Shown one piece after another: positions 7,709 through 16,247 of a DNA stretch of 25,390 nt (the stretch's first letter is position 1; the number at the start of each line of letters is the position of its first letter). The notes beneath the pieces are model-generated. The model was not told the DNA's origin. It ran no database searches and worked only from the letters and a program-made list of their open reading frames with translations. This stretch comes from Candidatus Krumholzibacteriota bacterium (GTDB taxonomy: Bacteria; Krumholzibacteriota; Krumholzibacteriia; LZORAL124-64-63), in NCBI GenBank assembly GCA_039714075.1, contig JBDLKA010000047.1, positions 1 to 25,390 on the forward strand, in the 5' to 3' direction. The translations under genes were made by a program, and so were the position numbers.

Positions 7709-9238
7709 ATGCTGTCCGGATCGAGCAAATTTTATGGGTCACACCAACCTGTCGCTTCGGCTCAACGGAGTCGGAGCTACGGATTAGTGGGGCCTTTTTT
7801 GTTTGGTCTGGGATTATCGATTCTGGTTGTCTTGATGGGCGTTCTCATGCCTGGCCCCGCCCGGGGACAGGTCAACGACCAGATATCCGACTCCCCCTTC
7901 GTCGCCGTCAGCAGGGCCGTGCGGCCGGCCGTGGTCAACATCCGGATTACGCGGTCGACCACTTCGTCGGGCATCGGCACCGGTTCCCTGCAGGAAATGT
8001 ATCGCAGGTTCTTTCCCGATGAAGAGGGGAAGGGCGGCCGGTTCGAATCGCCTTCGACCGGGTCGGGGTTCGTGGTGGATCCGGCCGGCGACATCCTCAC
8101 CAATCACCACGTCATCGATGGTGCGGACGCCATTTTCGTTCGCTTCAGCGGGGAAAAGCAGGAGTACCGGGCGGATCTGATCGGCACCGACCCGAATACC
8201 GACCTGGCCCTGTTGCGCATCGACCCGGCCGGCCGGGAATTGCCGGTCCTCAAGTTCGGGGATTCCGATCTCGTCGAGGTGGGATCCTGGGCCATCGCCA
8301 TCGGGAATCCCTTCGGCAACCTGGAGAGCACCCTGACCGTCGGGGTGGTCAGCGCCAAGGGCAGGGGCGATCTGAAGATCGGCGGGCTGACGCCGCGATA
8401 CCAGGATTTCATCCAGACCGACGCCTCCATCAACTTCGGCAACAGCGGCGGGCCGCTGGTGGATGTCCGGGGCCGGCTGATCGGCGTCAACACCGCCATC
8501 AATCAGCGGGGGCAGGGGATCGGTTTTGCGGTTCCCAGCAACCTGGTGACCAATATCTACCGGCAGTTGGGCGAGCATGGCCGGGTGATTCGGGGTTATC
8601 TCGGCATCGTGACCGAGGACATCGTTCAGGTGGTCGGGGAAGAGGTTCCCGGCCAGCCGCAAAGCGGGGCCCGGATCATCAGTATCATGGAGCAGTCGCC
8701 CGCCGCGGCCGGCGGGCTGCAGGGCGGAGATGTCGTGGTGGAGTATGCGGGCCAGAAGGTGGAATCCCGCCGGCAGCTCCTGTTCCTGATCGCGGGGTCG
8801 TCCCCGGGCCGGGATGTGGAAATAGTCATCGTCCGGGACGGCGAAAGGAATGGATTCCTGGTGCGTCCCGTTGAATGGATACAGGAGGAGTCCGAGGCGT
8901 CGGCCGACATGGCGGCCCTCTGGCTCGGCATGGAGGTGGCTTCCGTCGAGGGAACCGACCCGCGGGTCGTTCGCCTCAGGGAAGCATTGGGTGTTACCGC
9001 CACGACCGGTGTCCTGGTTGTCGCGGTACAGGATGGTCAACCCGCCGCGGAAGCCGGTATCCGCCCGGGCGACCTTGTGGTTTCCATTGCCGGACACGAG
9101 ATCATCGACCTGGAGTCATACGACCAGGTCCGGACGCTTCTGGCGCCCAGCCGTGATCTCCTGTCCGTTCTCGTGAGAACGGGAAACATGGAAAATTATG
9201 TTTCGGTCCAACCCCGCCACGGCGGGCTGGAAAACTGA
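7709..9238 (+). CDS. HtrA/DegP/DegQ-family trypsin-like serine protease with two PDZ domains
   Basis: Catalytic triad motifs LTNHHVI, TDLALL and INFGNSGGPL are present, with GSGFVV, RGYLGI, two PDZ-like segments (SPAAAGGLQGGDVV, PAAEAGIRPGDLV) and an N-terminal hydrophobic segment. The start is uncertain (GTG 7706 or ATG 7709 preferred; TTG 7613 lies at the predicted transcription start). Confidence 0.93.
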   Translation: MLSGSSKFYGSHQPVASAQRSRSYGLVGPFLFGLGLSILVVLMGVLMPGPARGQVNDQISDSPFVAVSRAVRPAVVNIRITRSTTSSGIGTGSLQEMYRRFFPDEEGKGGRFESPSTGSGFVVDPAGDILTNHHVIDGADAIFVRFSGEKQEYRADLIGTDPNTDLALLRIDPAGRELPVLKFGDSDLVEVGSWAIAIGNPFGNLESTLTVGVVSAKGRGDLKIGGLTPRYQDFIQTDASINFGNSGGPLVDVRGRLIGVNTAINQRGQGIGFAVPSNLVTNIYRQLGEHGRVIRGYLGIVTEDIVQVVGEEVPGQPQSGARIISIMEQSPAAAGGLQGGDVVVEYAGQKVESRRQLLFLIAGSSPGRDVEIVIVRDGERNGFLVRPVEWIQEESEASADMAALWLGMEVASVEGTDPRVVRLREALGVTATTGVLVVAVQDGQPAAEAGIRPGDLVVSIAGHEIIDLESYDQVRTLLAPSRDLLSVLVRTGNMENYVSVQPRHGGLEN

Positions 9239-9272
9239 CAGTGTACCCCCACGCTGGCAGGAAGGAATCCTA

Positions 9273-10127
9273 ATGGCTGGCCGGAGAAATATACTACCTG
9301 CGATGCACGAGAAAGGCCTCGAGGTCTATTTCCGTGACATCAACCGTTATGACCTGATCACCCGGGAACAGGAGGTCGCCCTCGCCCGGAGGATCAAGGA
9401 CGGTGAAGAAGAGGCGCTGCAGTGCCTGGTCAGGGCCAATCTGCGGTTCGTGGTGTCGGTGGCCAAGCGCTACATCAACCAGGGACTGATGCTGTCGGAC
9501 CTGATCAACGAAGGCAACCTGGGACTTTTGAAGGCGGCCCACCGCTTCGACGAGAAGCGCGGCTACCGGTTCATTTCCTATGCCGTGTGGTGGATCCGCC
9601 AGTCCATCATGCAGTCCCTGCTGGACAAGTCGCGGACCATCCGTCTGCCCCAGAACCAGACGGCCCTGCTGATCAAGATCAGCCGGACCCGGTCCATTCT
9701 GCAGAACGAGGGCAACCCGCAGCCCACGCCCGACCAGATCGCGCAGCGGCTCGATCTTGACGTGGCCGATGTCGTTCACGCCCTGAAGTCGGACCGGACC
9801 GAACTGGCTCTCGAAGATGCCGGGGCCGAAGGCGGCGACCGGCCGCTGTCCGAAGTGATCGAGGACACCAGTCAGGAATCTCCCGATTTCGCGGTCCTGC
9901 AGCGGGGTCTGAGGGAGGACGTGCGGAAATGCCTGGCGGTTCTCACCGAAAGGGAGGCCCAGATCATCATCCAGTACTTCGGCCTGAGCTTCGAAGAGGC
10001 GCAGACGCTGGAAGTGATCGGTCAGCGCCTGGGGCTGACCAGGGAACGCATTCGCCAGATCAAGGAAAAGGCGCTGGCCAAGCTGCGTAATTCCAAGGGC
10101 AAGGTGCTTCTTTTCGATTATTACTAG
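9273..10127 (+). CDS. RNA polymerase sigma-70 factor, RpoD/SigA-like short form (no region 1.1)
   Basis: SD-like GGAAGGA precedes ATG 9273. Region 1.2 YFRDINRYDLITREQE, region 2 ANLRFVVSVAK, DLINEGNLGL and FISYAVWWIRQSI, and region 4 TLEVIG...LTRERIRQIKEKAL are present. Confidence 0.93.
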   Translation: MAGRRNILPAMHEKGLEVYFRDINRYDLITREQEVALARRIKDGEEEALQCLVRANLRFVVSVAKRYINQGLMLSDLINEGNLGLLKAAHRFDEKRGYRFISYAVWWIRQSIMQSLLDKSRTIRLPQNQTALLIKISRTRSILQNEGNPQPTPDQIAQRLDLDVADVVHALKSDRTELALEDAGAEGGDRPLSEVIEDTSQESPDFAVLQRGLREDVRKCLAVLTEREAQIIIQYFGLSFEEAQTLEVIGQRLGLTRERIRQIKEKALAKLRNSKGKVLLFDYY

Positions 10128-10129
10128 GG

Positions 10130-10209
10130 AGGGAGGACCGCCGCCTCGGTCCGTCCCTTTGCCATCGGCCCGGATTCCCCGTCCAGGGGTGGTCCGGGCC
10201 CTCCTTTTT
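10130..10209 (+). terminator. Tandem hairpins / probable intrinsic terminator after the sigma gene
   Basis: AGGGAGGACCG...CGGTCCGTCCCT (10130-10158) and GGCCCGGATTCCCC...GGGGTGGTCCGGGCC (10167-10200), followed by CTCCTTTTT. Confidence 0.55.
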
Positions 10210-10328
10210 CACCCGGGATTACCTGTCGGGCCTCTCGCCTCCCGCTCGTTCCTGAAAATGGCCCGTTCCTTGCGATGATGTCTCTCCGTGGCTCCAAACG
10301 ACTGTTTGAAGCCGATTTGGGTTGTTTG

Positions 10329-10357
10329 TTGACAAGCTTTGAGCCGGGGGGCATCTT
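10329..10357 (+). promoter_or_regulatory. Possible sigma70-type promoter for the M23 gene
   Basis: TTGACA (10329-10334), 17-bp spacer, CATCTT (10352-10357). The -35 is perfect and the -10 is weak. Confidence 0.35.
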
Positions 10358-10458
10358 TTGCGCACACAATTTTTTCGCTTCCACCTCCGGGTGTCCGGTC
10401 TGTTGACGGATCAACTTCCCTGCCCGGGGGCCAGTTCCCAGACAATTGCGGTTGATCG

Positions 10459-11397
10459 ATGAAGCTTAAGAAAAGCTACAGCCTTTTGTATATGCCGGAG
10501 GACCATGGCGCCTCGCGGCAATTTCAGGTGCCCCGCTGGGGCATCCTGCTGCCCATTGGTGTGCTCGGGGTGCTGATCGTGGTGGCGGTCCTGTACGGGA
10601 CCGGAATCGGGACGGGCAACAGCTGGCTGCCGGGCGGTTCGCGGTTGCAGCAGGAGAACCGGACCCTGAGAGGGACGATCCACGAGTTGGAAGGCCAGGT
10701 CGTCGTGCTGCGGGAAGAGATCGACAGCGTCCTCGAGGTGCAAAGCATGATGGCCGCCGCCATCGACCTGCCGGCCATCGATGCCGAAACCTTTGCCGCG
10801 GGCGTGGGCGGCCGGAGCCATTCGGGATTTGCGGAAAAGGAAATGCCCCAGCTCGGTTTCGAGGCCGGGATCCCCGCCGCCGGGGTGGGTGACGATCTGG
10901 AGCTGATGCTCCGCCAGGCCAGGATCCAGAAACAGGGCTATCTGGCCATGCTCGACACCCTGGACGCCCGCGCGGTCGTCCGGAGCAGGATTCCCTCCAT
11001 ACGCCCCGCGGACACCGGTTGGATAAGCAGTCGGTTCGGATTCCGCAATGATCCTTTCACCGCGAAGCAGACCTTCCATCGCGGCCTCGACTTTTCCCTG
11101 CCCGTCGGGACACCCGTCCGCGTGACCGGTAACGGCGTCGTTCTGGCCGTCCAGCAGCAGCGGGGATTCGGTCGGGTGGTCAAGGTTGACCACGGCAACG
11201 GCGTGGTGACGGTCTACGCCCACCTGGACCAGCAACTGGTCAAGAAGGGGGACAAAGTCTCCCGGGGGGATATCATCGCCCGTTCCGGGAATACCGGCCG
11301 GTCTTCGGCGCCCCACTTGCACTATGAGATCAGGATCGGAGACCGTCCGGTCAATCCCCTGTCCTATATCCTGGATTCCTACGCCGCCCGCCAATAG
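10459..11397 (+). CDS. M23-family peptidoglycan DD-metalloendopeptidase with N-terminal TM and coiled coil
   Basis: ISSRFGFRNDPFT, FHRGLDF (HxxxD), TVYAHL and SGNTGRSSAPHLHYEI (HxH) are present, with a hydrophobic anchor ILLPIGVLGVLIVVAVL. Confidence 0.93.
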   Translation: MKLKKSYSLLYMPEDHGASRQFQVPRWGILLPIGVLGVLIVVAVLYGTGIGTGNSWLPGGSRLQQENRTLRGTIHELEGQVVVLREEIDSVLEVQSMMAAAIDLPAIDAETFAAGVGGRSHSGFAEKEMPQLGFEAGIPAAGVGDDLELMLRQARIQKQGYLAMLDTLDARAVVRSRIPSIRPADTGWISSRFGFRNDPFTAKQTFHRGLDFSLPVGTPVRVTGNGVVLAVQQQRGFGRVVKVDHGNGVVTVYAHLDQQLVKKGDKVSRGDIIARSGNTGRSSAPHLHYEIRIGDRPVNPLSYILDSYAARQ

Positions 11398-11421
11398 GCC
11401 CTCTTTTCGACCAATAACTCC

Positions 11422-11451
11422 TTGGCATCCGGCGGACCCGTATGGTAGTTT
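11422..11451 (+). promoter_or_regulatory. Possible extended -10 promoter upstream of the amidase
   Basis: TTGGCA (11422-11427), 18-bp spacer containing TG at 11443-11444, then TAGTTT (11446-11451). Confidence 0.25.
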
Positions 11452-11543
11452 GAGTCTGGATGGGTATGTTCGCGTTTTCGAACGGATTCGGCGCTTGGAT
11501 ATACCCCTTTTACGATTTGCACGACCGAAGGAGCGGACCTCCC

Positions 11544-12983
11544 ATGCGGCATGCGGGATGCAATTCCAGCCGATATTATTTCCTGATCGTTGATAGGGCC
11601 GGGGCTCCCTTACCCACCCTGGTTTTTCTGCTGCTGATTGTCTGCGGATCCATGGTGGACGCGGGCTCCGCCGTTGCCGGGCCCGGAATCGCCGGAGTGC
11701 GCCATTTTACGGCTCCGGACCACACGCGCGTGGTCCTGGACCTGACCGGTCCGGCCTCCTTCGAGGTGCGCCGCATCGGCAACCCGGAGCGCCTGGTCGT
11801 CAACGTCTTCGGTGCGTCTTTCCGGCAGACCGGTCCCATTGCCGTTGGCGACGGTCTGGTGCGGCTGATCAGGCGGAATCCCGGCGACCGGCGGGCCCAG
11901 GTCGTGTTGGACCTGGACCACAAGGCCGAGTTTCGCAATTTCTCCCTGCCGGCGGGCGACGGCCGGCCCCACCGCATCGTCCTGGATGTCCTGCGCGCGG
12001 AGCCCGAAAACGACTCCGCCGCCCTGGCCGACGCCCTGCCCCAACCCGTCAGCAAGCCGGCCATTGCCCTGGCTCCGGTTCCGGCTCCCTTTATGGTGAT
12101 CATCGACCCGGGCCACGGCGGTCTGGATCCCGGCGCTTCGCGGAAAGGGTTGCGGGAAAAGGATGTGGTTCTGGATATCTCGCGGGAAATGGCGCGGCTG
12201 ATCAACGCCCTGCCCGGGTATCGGGCCGTGCTCACGCGTAACGCCGACTACGGTCTGGAACTGTGGCAGCGCGTGGATTTCGCGCGCCGCAAGGAAGGGG
12301 ACCTTTTCATTTCCGTCCACTGCAATACCCATCCCCGTGCGGCGGTATCGGGAATGGAAGTCTATTTTCTGTCTTTGCAGGGCGCGACCGACCGTGAGGC
12401 CCGTGAATTGGCGGACAAGGAGAATGCCGCCCAGCTGGTGGGCCTGGATCCGGCCGACCGGCCCGACGATCTGGTCATGGACATCCTGATGGACCTGCGC
12501 ATGAGCCAGGTTCTTCACCAGTCGGCCAGCCTTTCGGAACGAATGGTGACGGCGGCCAAAACCAGCGGGGTGATCAATGGCCGCAAGGTGAAGCAGGCCG
12601 GTTTCCACGTCCTGAAATCGCTGGCCATGCCTTCGGCCCTGGTCGAGGTGGCCTATCTGTCGAACGCGGGGGACCGGAAACTCCTGGCGGACAGATCTGC
12701 CCGGCGGAAAATCGCGATGGTCATGGTGGAGGGAATCCTCGATTGGCGGCGGGGCCAGCAGGACCGGTTGCAACTGGCCACGGCACCCGCGAAAAAGGTC
12801 CCGGACGACGATTTTTCGTCCTGGACCCGGGAATACAAGGTGCGCCGCGGTGATAATCTGTGGCGTCTGGCGCAGCGCCATGGTACCACCGTAAACGAGA
12901 TCACGCAGCGTAACCATTTGGAGGACCGATCCATCCTGGTCGGGCAGATGTTGAAACTACCGGAGGTTCAGCCGGACCCATGA
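11544..12983 (+). CDS. N-acetylmuramoyl-L-alanine amidase (AMIN + Amidase_3 + LysM)
   Basis: AMIN-like HTRVVLDL...PERLVV, catalytic IIDPGHGG, REKDVVL, FISVHCN and ALVEVAYLSN, and LysM YKVRRGDNLWRLAQRHGTTV...GQMLKLP. The start is uncertain; ATG 11544 has GAAGGAG upstream, while the ORF is open from 11460. Confidence 0.92.
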   Translation: MRHAGCNSSRYYFLIVDRAGAPLPTLVFLLLIVCGSMVDAGSAVAGPGIAGVRHFTAPDHTRVVLDLTGPASFEVRRIGNPERLVVNVFGASFRQTGPIAVGDGLVRLIRRNPGDRRAQVVLDLDHKAEFRNFSLPAGDGRPHRIVLDVLRAEPENDSAALADALPQPVSKPAIALAPVPAPFMVIIDPGHGGLDPGASRKGLREKDVVLDISREMARLINALPGYRAVLTRNADYGLELWQRVDFARRKEGDLFISVHCNTHPRAAVSGMEVYFLSLQGATDREARELADKENAAQLVGLDPADRPDDLVMDILMDLRMSQVLHQSASLSERMVTAAKTSGVINGRKVKQAGFHVLKSLAMPSALVEVAYLSNAGDRKLLADRSARRKIAMVMVEGILDWRRGQQDRLQLATAPAKKVPDDDFSSWTREYKVRRGDNLWRLAQRHGTTVNEITQRNHLEDRSILVGQMLKLPEVQPDP

Positions 12984-13945
12984 ATCGACTTGGACTGAAA
13001 ATCAGCTGTGTCCTGGTTTCGGTGCTCATCTGGATCCAGGTGGCGTCCACTTCCGATATCGAGCAGAGCACCTATCTGCCCCTGCGGGTGACGGGTCTGG
13101 CCGAGGGTCTGACCGTGGCCGGGAGCGAGGACCTGCCCGCCGAGGTTCGGGTAAGGGTGACGGGCAGCAAGCTGAAACTGCTGACCCACCAGTTTTTCAA
13201 CCGCTACATAGGGGAAGCCAGGGCCAACCTGGCGGGATTCTCGGACACGACCTTTTCCTACCAGCTGAACCGGGCGGATCTCTTTACGGATTTGAAGGAC
13301 GCCGATATTCAGCGGTCGCGCATCCTGACCGTGACCATCGACCGGGAAATCTCGCGCCTGGTGGCGGTCCGCCTGGACATGCTGGAAGCCCTGCCCAGCG
13401 GCCTGGACTTCGTGACTGCACCGCGACTCCAGCCCGACTCGGTGCTGGTCACCGGGCCGGCTCGCTTCTTCAGCGACGATCTGGTGGTCCACACCGCGTC
13501 CGTGAACCTGGAACGCATTTCCCAGGATACGGAGATGACCGCCGGCCTGTTGTCCCCCGTGGAATTCCTGGAATTGTCGGATGCGGAGGTCCAGGTCTCC
13601 ATCAAGGTGGGGCAGCTGGAGGACCGCACTCTGGCCAATATTCCCGTCATCCCCCTGGTGGATGCGGGTCGTCCGGACGTGGGCATTTCGCCTCCGGTGG
13701 CGGATGTCATGGTGCGCGGCATCGCCGATTCGTTGCGGGTCCTGACCAAGGACAGGGTTTCGGTCATCGTTCCGGTCGACAACCTGGCCGAGGGGACCTT
13801 TCTGCTGTCGGGCCAGGTTGTGCATCCGGACTGGCTGACCCTCATCCGGTTGGAACCTTCCCAGTTCCAGGTGCTGGTCGGGAATCCCTCCCCATCGCCG
13901 GATAGACCCCGGACCGGGACCCCAGAGGAGGGCCAGGGTGAATGA
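12980..13945 (+). CDS. YbbR/CdaR-like domain membrane-anchored protein
   Basis: N-terminal LKISCVLVSVLIWI matches the YbbR/CdaR-type anchor, followed by repeated beta-rich units (PAEVRVRVTG, PDSVLVTGP, PPVADVMVRG). ATGA overlap with the amidase stop. Confidence 0.75.
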   Translation: MNRLGLKISCVLVSVLIWIQVASTSDIEQSTYLPLRVTGLAEGLTVAGSEDLPAEVRVRVTGSKLKLLTHQFFNRYIGEARANLAGFSDTTFSYQLNRADLFTDLKDADIQRSRILTVTIDREISRLVAVRLDMLEALPSGLDFVTAPRLQPDSVLVTGPARFFSDDLVVHTASVNLERISQDTEMTAGLLSPVEFLELSDAEVQVSIKVGQLEDRTLANIPVIPLVDAGRPDVGISPPVADVMVRGIADSLRVLTKDRVSVIVPVDNLAEGTFLLSGQVVHPDWLTLIRLEPSQFQVLVGNPSPSPDRPRTGTPEEGQGE

Positions 13946-14891
13946 CGGCGGCAACGCGGGCTTTCTGGGCGGTGGCGGTGGCCGGACGCGGGCGATCGTG
14001 GCCGGGATCATCGTCTTGGCCCTGGCCTGTGGGGCGCTGCTGTGGCCGGGGTCGGATTCCTCCCGCGGTCAGGGGGTGTTGCTGGTTTTCGATTCCTCGG
14101 GTGACGCGGCCCGGGCCGCGACGGTCTACGAACCGCTGGTGAACTTCCTGAACGAGTTCACTGATCATCCCCTGGATCTTGAGGTCGTCTCCACGGTGGG
14201 CGCCTTCCGGGAAAAGCTGTCCGCGGGGGTGGATTTCGTCCTGTGCGCAGACGGCCTGGCCCTGGCCCTCGAGGCCTCCGAATTCGTGCCCGTGGCGGTG
14301 GGACGCCGGGCCGCCCCCCGGAACCTCCGGCCCCGCAGTGTTCTTGTGTTTCGAAAGTCGGCGGGACTGATCGAAGCACCCTGGCTTTCCCGTCCGGCCG
14401 CCACCGTCTGTGGGGATTCCGTGTCCTTGACGGCCACCGGGGCCTGGCGCCGCTCCCGTGCGGAATCCTTTGCGGGCCCAACGCCACCGTATGCCTGTGC
14501 CTGGGGACCGGATCCCTATGACCACGCTCCGGTTCTCCACGCCGCCCGCCTGGGGGGCTTCGACTACGCCCTGGTGCGCCAGTGGGATGCCGACCGGTTT
14601 TTTGCCGCGGGATTGCTGTCCCCGCTGGAGTGGGGGATCGAAATCCTGTCGATTCCGGTGCCCGATATTGTTTTGTTTGCTTCGCGTGATGTGCCGGGCC
14701 GGGTTCGTCTGGGTGCCGGCGATGGTCTGGCCGCGCTGGGACGGGGCGGCGACGAACTGCCTCCCGCGGCCGGCGATCTGCAACAGGGCATCGCCGGATT
14801 GAATCTGGTGGGGTTCAACCTTCTGGTCGATCCCGATTTCGATCTCGTACGGCGGAATTTCGTCCGGAATTGGCCTCCCGCCGGGGATTGA
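13938..14891 (+). CDS. Periplasmic substrate-binding-like protein (PhnD/SsuA/transferrin-like fold), divergent
   Basis: N-terminal hydrophobic segment; VYEPLVNFLNEFTDHPLDLEV...VDFV and RSVLVFRK resemble PhnD-family segments; overlaps the ybbR-like stop by 8 bp. Confidence 0.5.
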   Translation: MNDGGNAGFLGGGGGRTRAIVAGIIVLALACGALLWPGSDSSRGQGVLLVFDSSGDAARAATVYEPLVNFLNEFTDHPLDLEVVSTVGAFREKLSAGVDFVLCADGLALALEASEFVPVAVGRRAAPRNLRPRSVLVFRKSAGLIEAPWLSRPAATVCGDSVSLTATGAWRRSRAESFAGPTPPYACAWGPDPYDHAPVLHAARLGGFDYALVRQWDADRFFAAGLLSPLEWGIEILSIPVPDIVLFASRDVPGRVRLGAGDGLAALGRGGDELPPAAGDLQQGIAGLNLVGFNLLVDPDFDLVRRNFVRNWPPAGD

Positions 14892-14972
14892 CCCATATTA
14901 GCGGCTCCCGTGGATCCGCCACCGCCCTGGCCGCCGGTTTGTTCGGAATGATCGAGACCTGGAAAGGACACC

Positions 14973-16247
14973 ATGAACATCAAGTATCGCCGCCTCAAGG
15001 GAACCCGTGACGTCATGCTCGAGGAAATCGAGCGGTGGCACTGGTGTGAGGGGCGTTGGAGCGAAGTCCTGGCCCGGTACGGGTACGGGGAGATCCGGAC
15101 CCCGGTGATCGAGCCCACCGATCTGTTCCTGCGTTCGGTGGGCGAAGGCACCGACATCGTCGACAAGGAAATGTACACCTTTGCCACCAAGGGCGGGGAC
15201 AGTCTGACCCTGCGGCCGGAAATGACCGCCTCGGTGGTCAGGGCCTACCTGGAGAACGGCCTGAACCGCCAACCGGGGACGGTCAAGTTCTACTACATGG
15301 GGCCCATGTTCCGGCACGACCGGCCCCAGGCCGGCCGGTACCGGCAATTCCATCAGGTCGGTCTCGAGGCCATCGGCTCGGCCAGCCCGGTTTTGGACGC
15401 GGAGGTGATCCAGACCGCCATGGCCCTGTTCGAATCCGTGGACGCGCGCGGTCTCATGGTCAAGATCAACAGTATCGGTTGTCCCGATTGCAAGCCGGGT
15501 TACGTGGCTGATCTGAAGTCTTTTCTGATGGAGAACATCGATCTGATCCCCGCCAACATGCGGTCCCGGATCGAGGTCAATCCCTTGCGCCTGTACGACG
15601 CCAAGGACGACGGGGTCCAGGAACTGCTGGGCCGGTTCCGGCCCATCACCGAGTCCATCTGCGAGCCGTGCCGGGGCCATCACCAGGTCGTACTGGACAC
15701 GCTCAGGGACCTGGAAGTCCCCTTCGAGGAGGATCCGGCCCTGGTGCGGGGGCTTGACTACTATTGCCGCACGACCTTCGAGATCACGGCCACGGCCGGG
15801 CGCAAGCAGAGCAGCCTCGCCGGCGGCGGCCGTTATGATTATCTGGTGGAGCAGTGCGGCGGGCCGCCCACGCCGGCCATCGGCTTTTCCATCGGCATCG
15901 AAAGGACGTTGCTCCATCTGAACGACGACCCGGTGGATCCCCAGCGGAGCCGCCAGTCGGTGGTCGACATCTATGTGGCATGCAAGGGGCTCGAGGCCCA
16001 GCGGTACGGTTTCGTGAGCGCGGATATCCTGCGGGGCTATTGCCGGGTCGAGGTCGATACCTCGGACCGGTCCCTGAAGGCCCAGGCCAAGTCGGCCAAC
16101 CTGCGCCACGCCCGTTTTCTGCTGGCCGTCGGCGAGGAAGAGATCCGCAACGGAACATTGCAGATGAAGAATCTTGAAACCGGTGAACAGAAGCCGGTGC
16201 CCAGGACCAGGCTCCTGGCCGCCGTGCGGGAGGTTCTTGAAGGGTGA
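14973..16247 (+). CDS. hisS: Histidine--tRNA ligase
   Basis: [50 protein letters not shown] and GIER are present, with SD AAAGGA upstream. Confidence 0.97.
   Translation: MNIKYRRLKGTRDVMLEEIERWHWCEGRWSEVLARYGYGEIRTPVIEPTDLFLRSVGEGTDIVDKEMYTFATKGGDSLTLRPEMTASVVRAYLENGLNRQPGTVKFYYMGPMFRHDRPQAGRYRQFHQVGLEAIGSASPVLDAEVIQTAMALFESVDARGLMVKINSIGCPDCKPGYVADLKSFLMENIDLIPANMRSRIEVNPLRLYDAKDDGVQELLGRFRPITESICEPCRGHHQVVLDTLRDLEVPFEEDPALVRGLDYYCRTTFEITATAGRKQSSLAGGGRYDYLVEQCGGPPTPAIGFSIGIERTLLHLNDDPVDPQRSRQSVVDIYVACKGLEAQRYGFVSADILRGYCRVEVDTSDRSLKAQAKSANLRHARFLLAVGEEEIRNGTLQMKNLETGEQKPVPRTRLLAAVREVLEG

Noticed and set aside
9198..9272. Longer N-terminus for the sigma factor
   Set aside because: It overlaps the htrA 3' end by 41 bp, whereas ATG 9273 has an SD-like site.
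14892..14972. T-box or attenuator upstream of hisS-aspS
   Set aside because: The gap is only 81 bp, with no T-box consensus, terminator or His-rich leader peptide.
15470..15680. Two CxxC motifs in HisRS (GCPDC, ICEPC) as a novelty
   Set aside because: Cys pairs in the HisRS insertion domain are common in many bacterial HisRS proteins.
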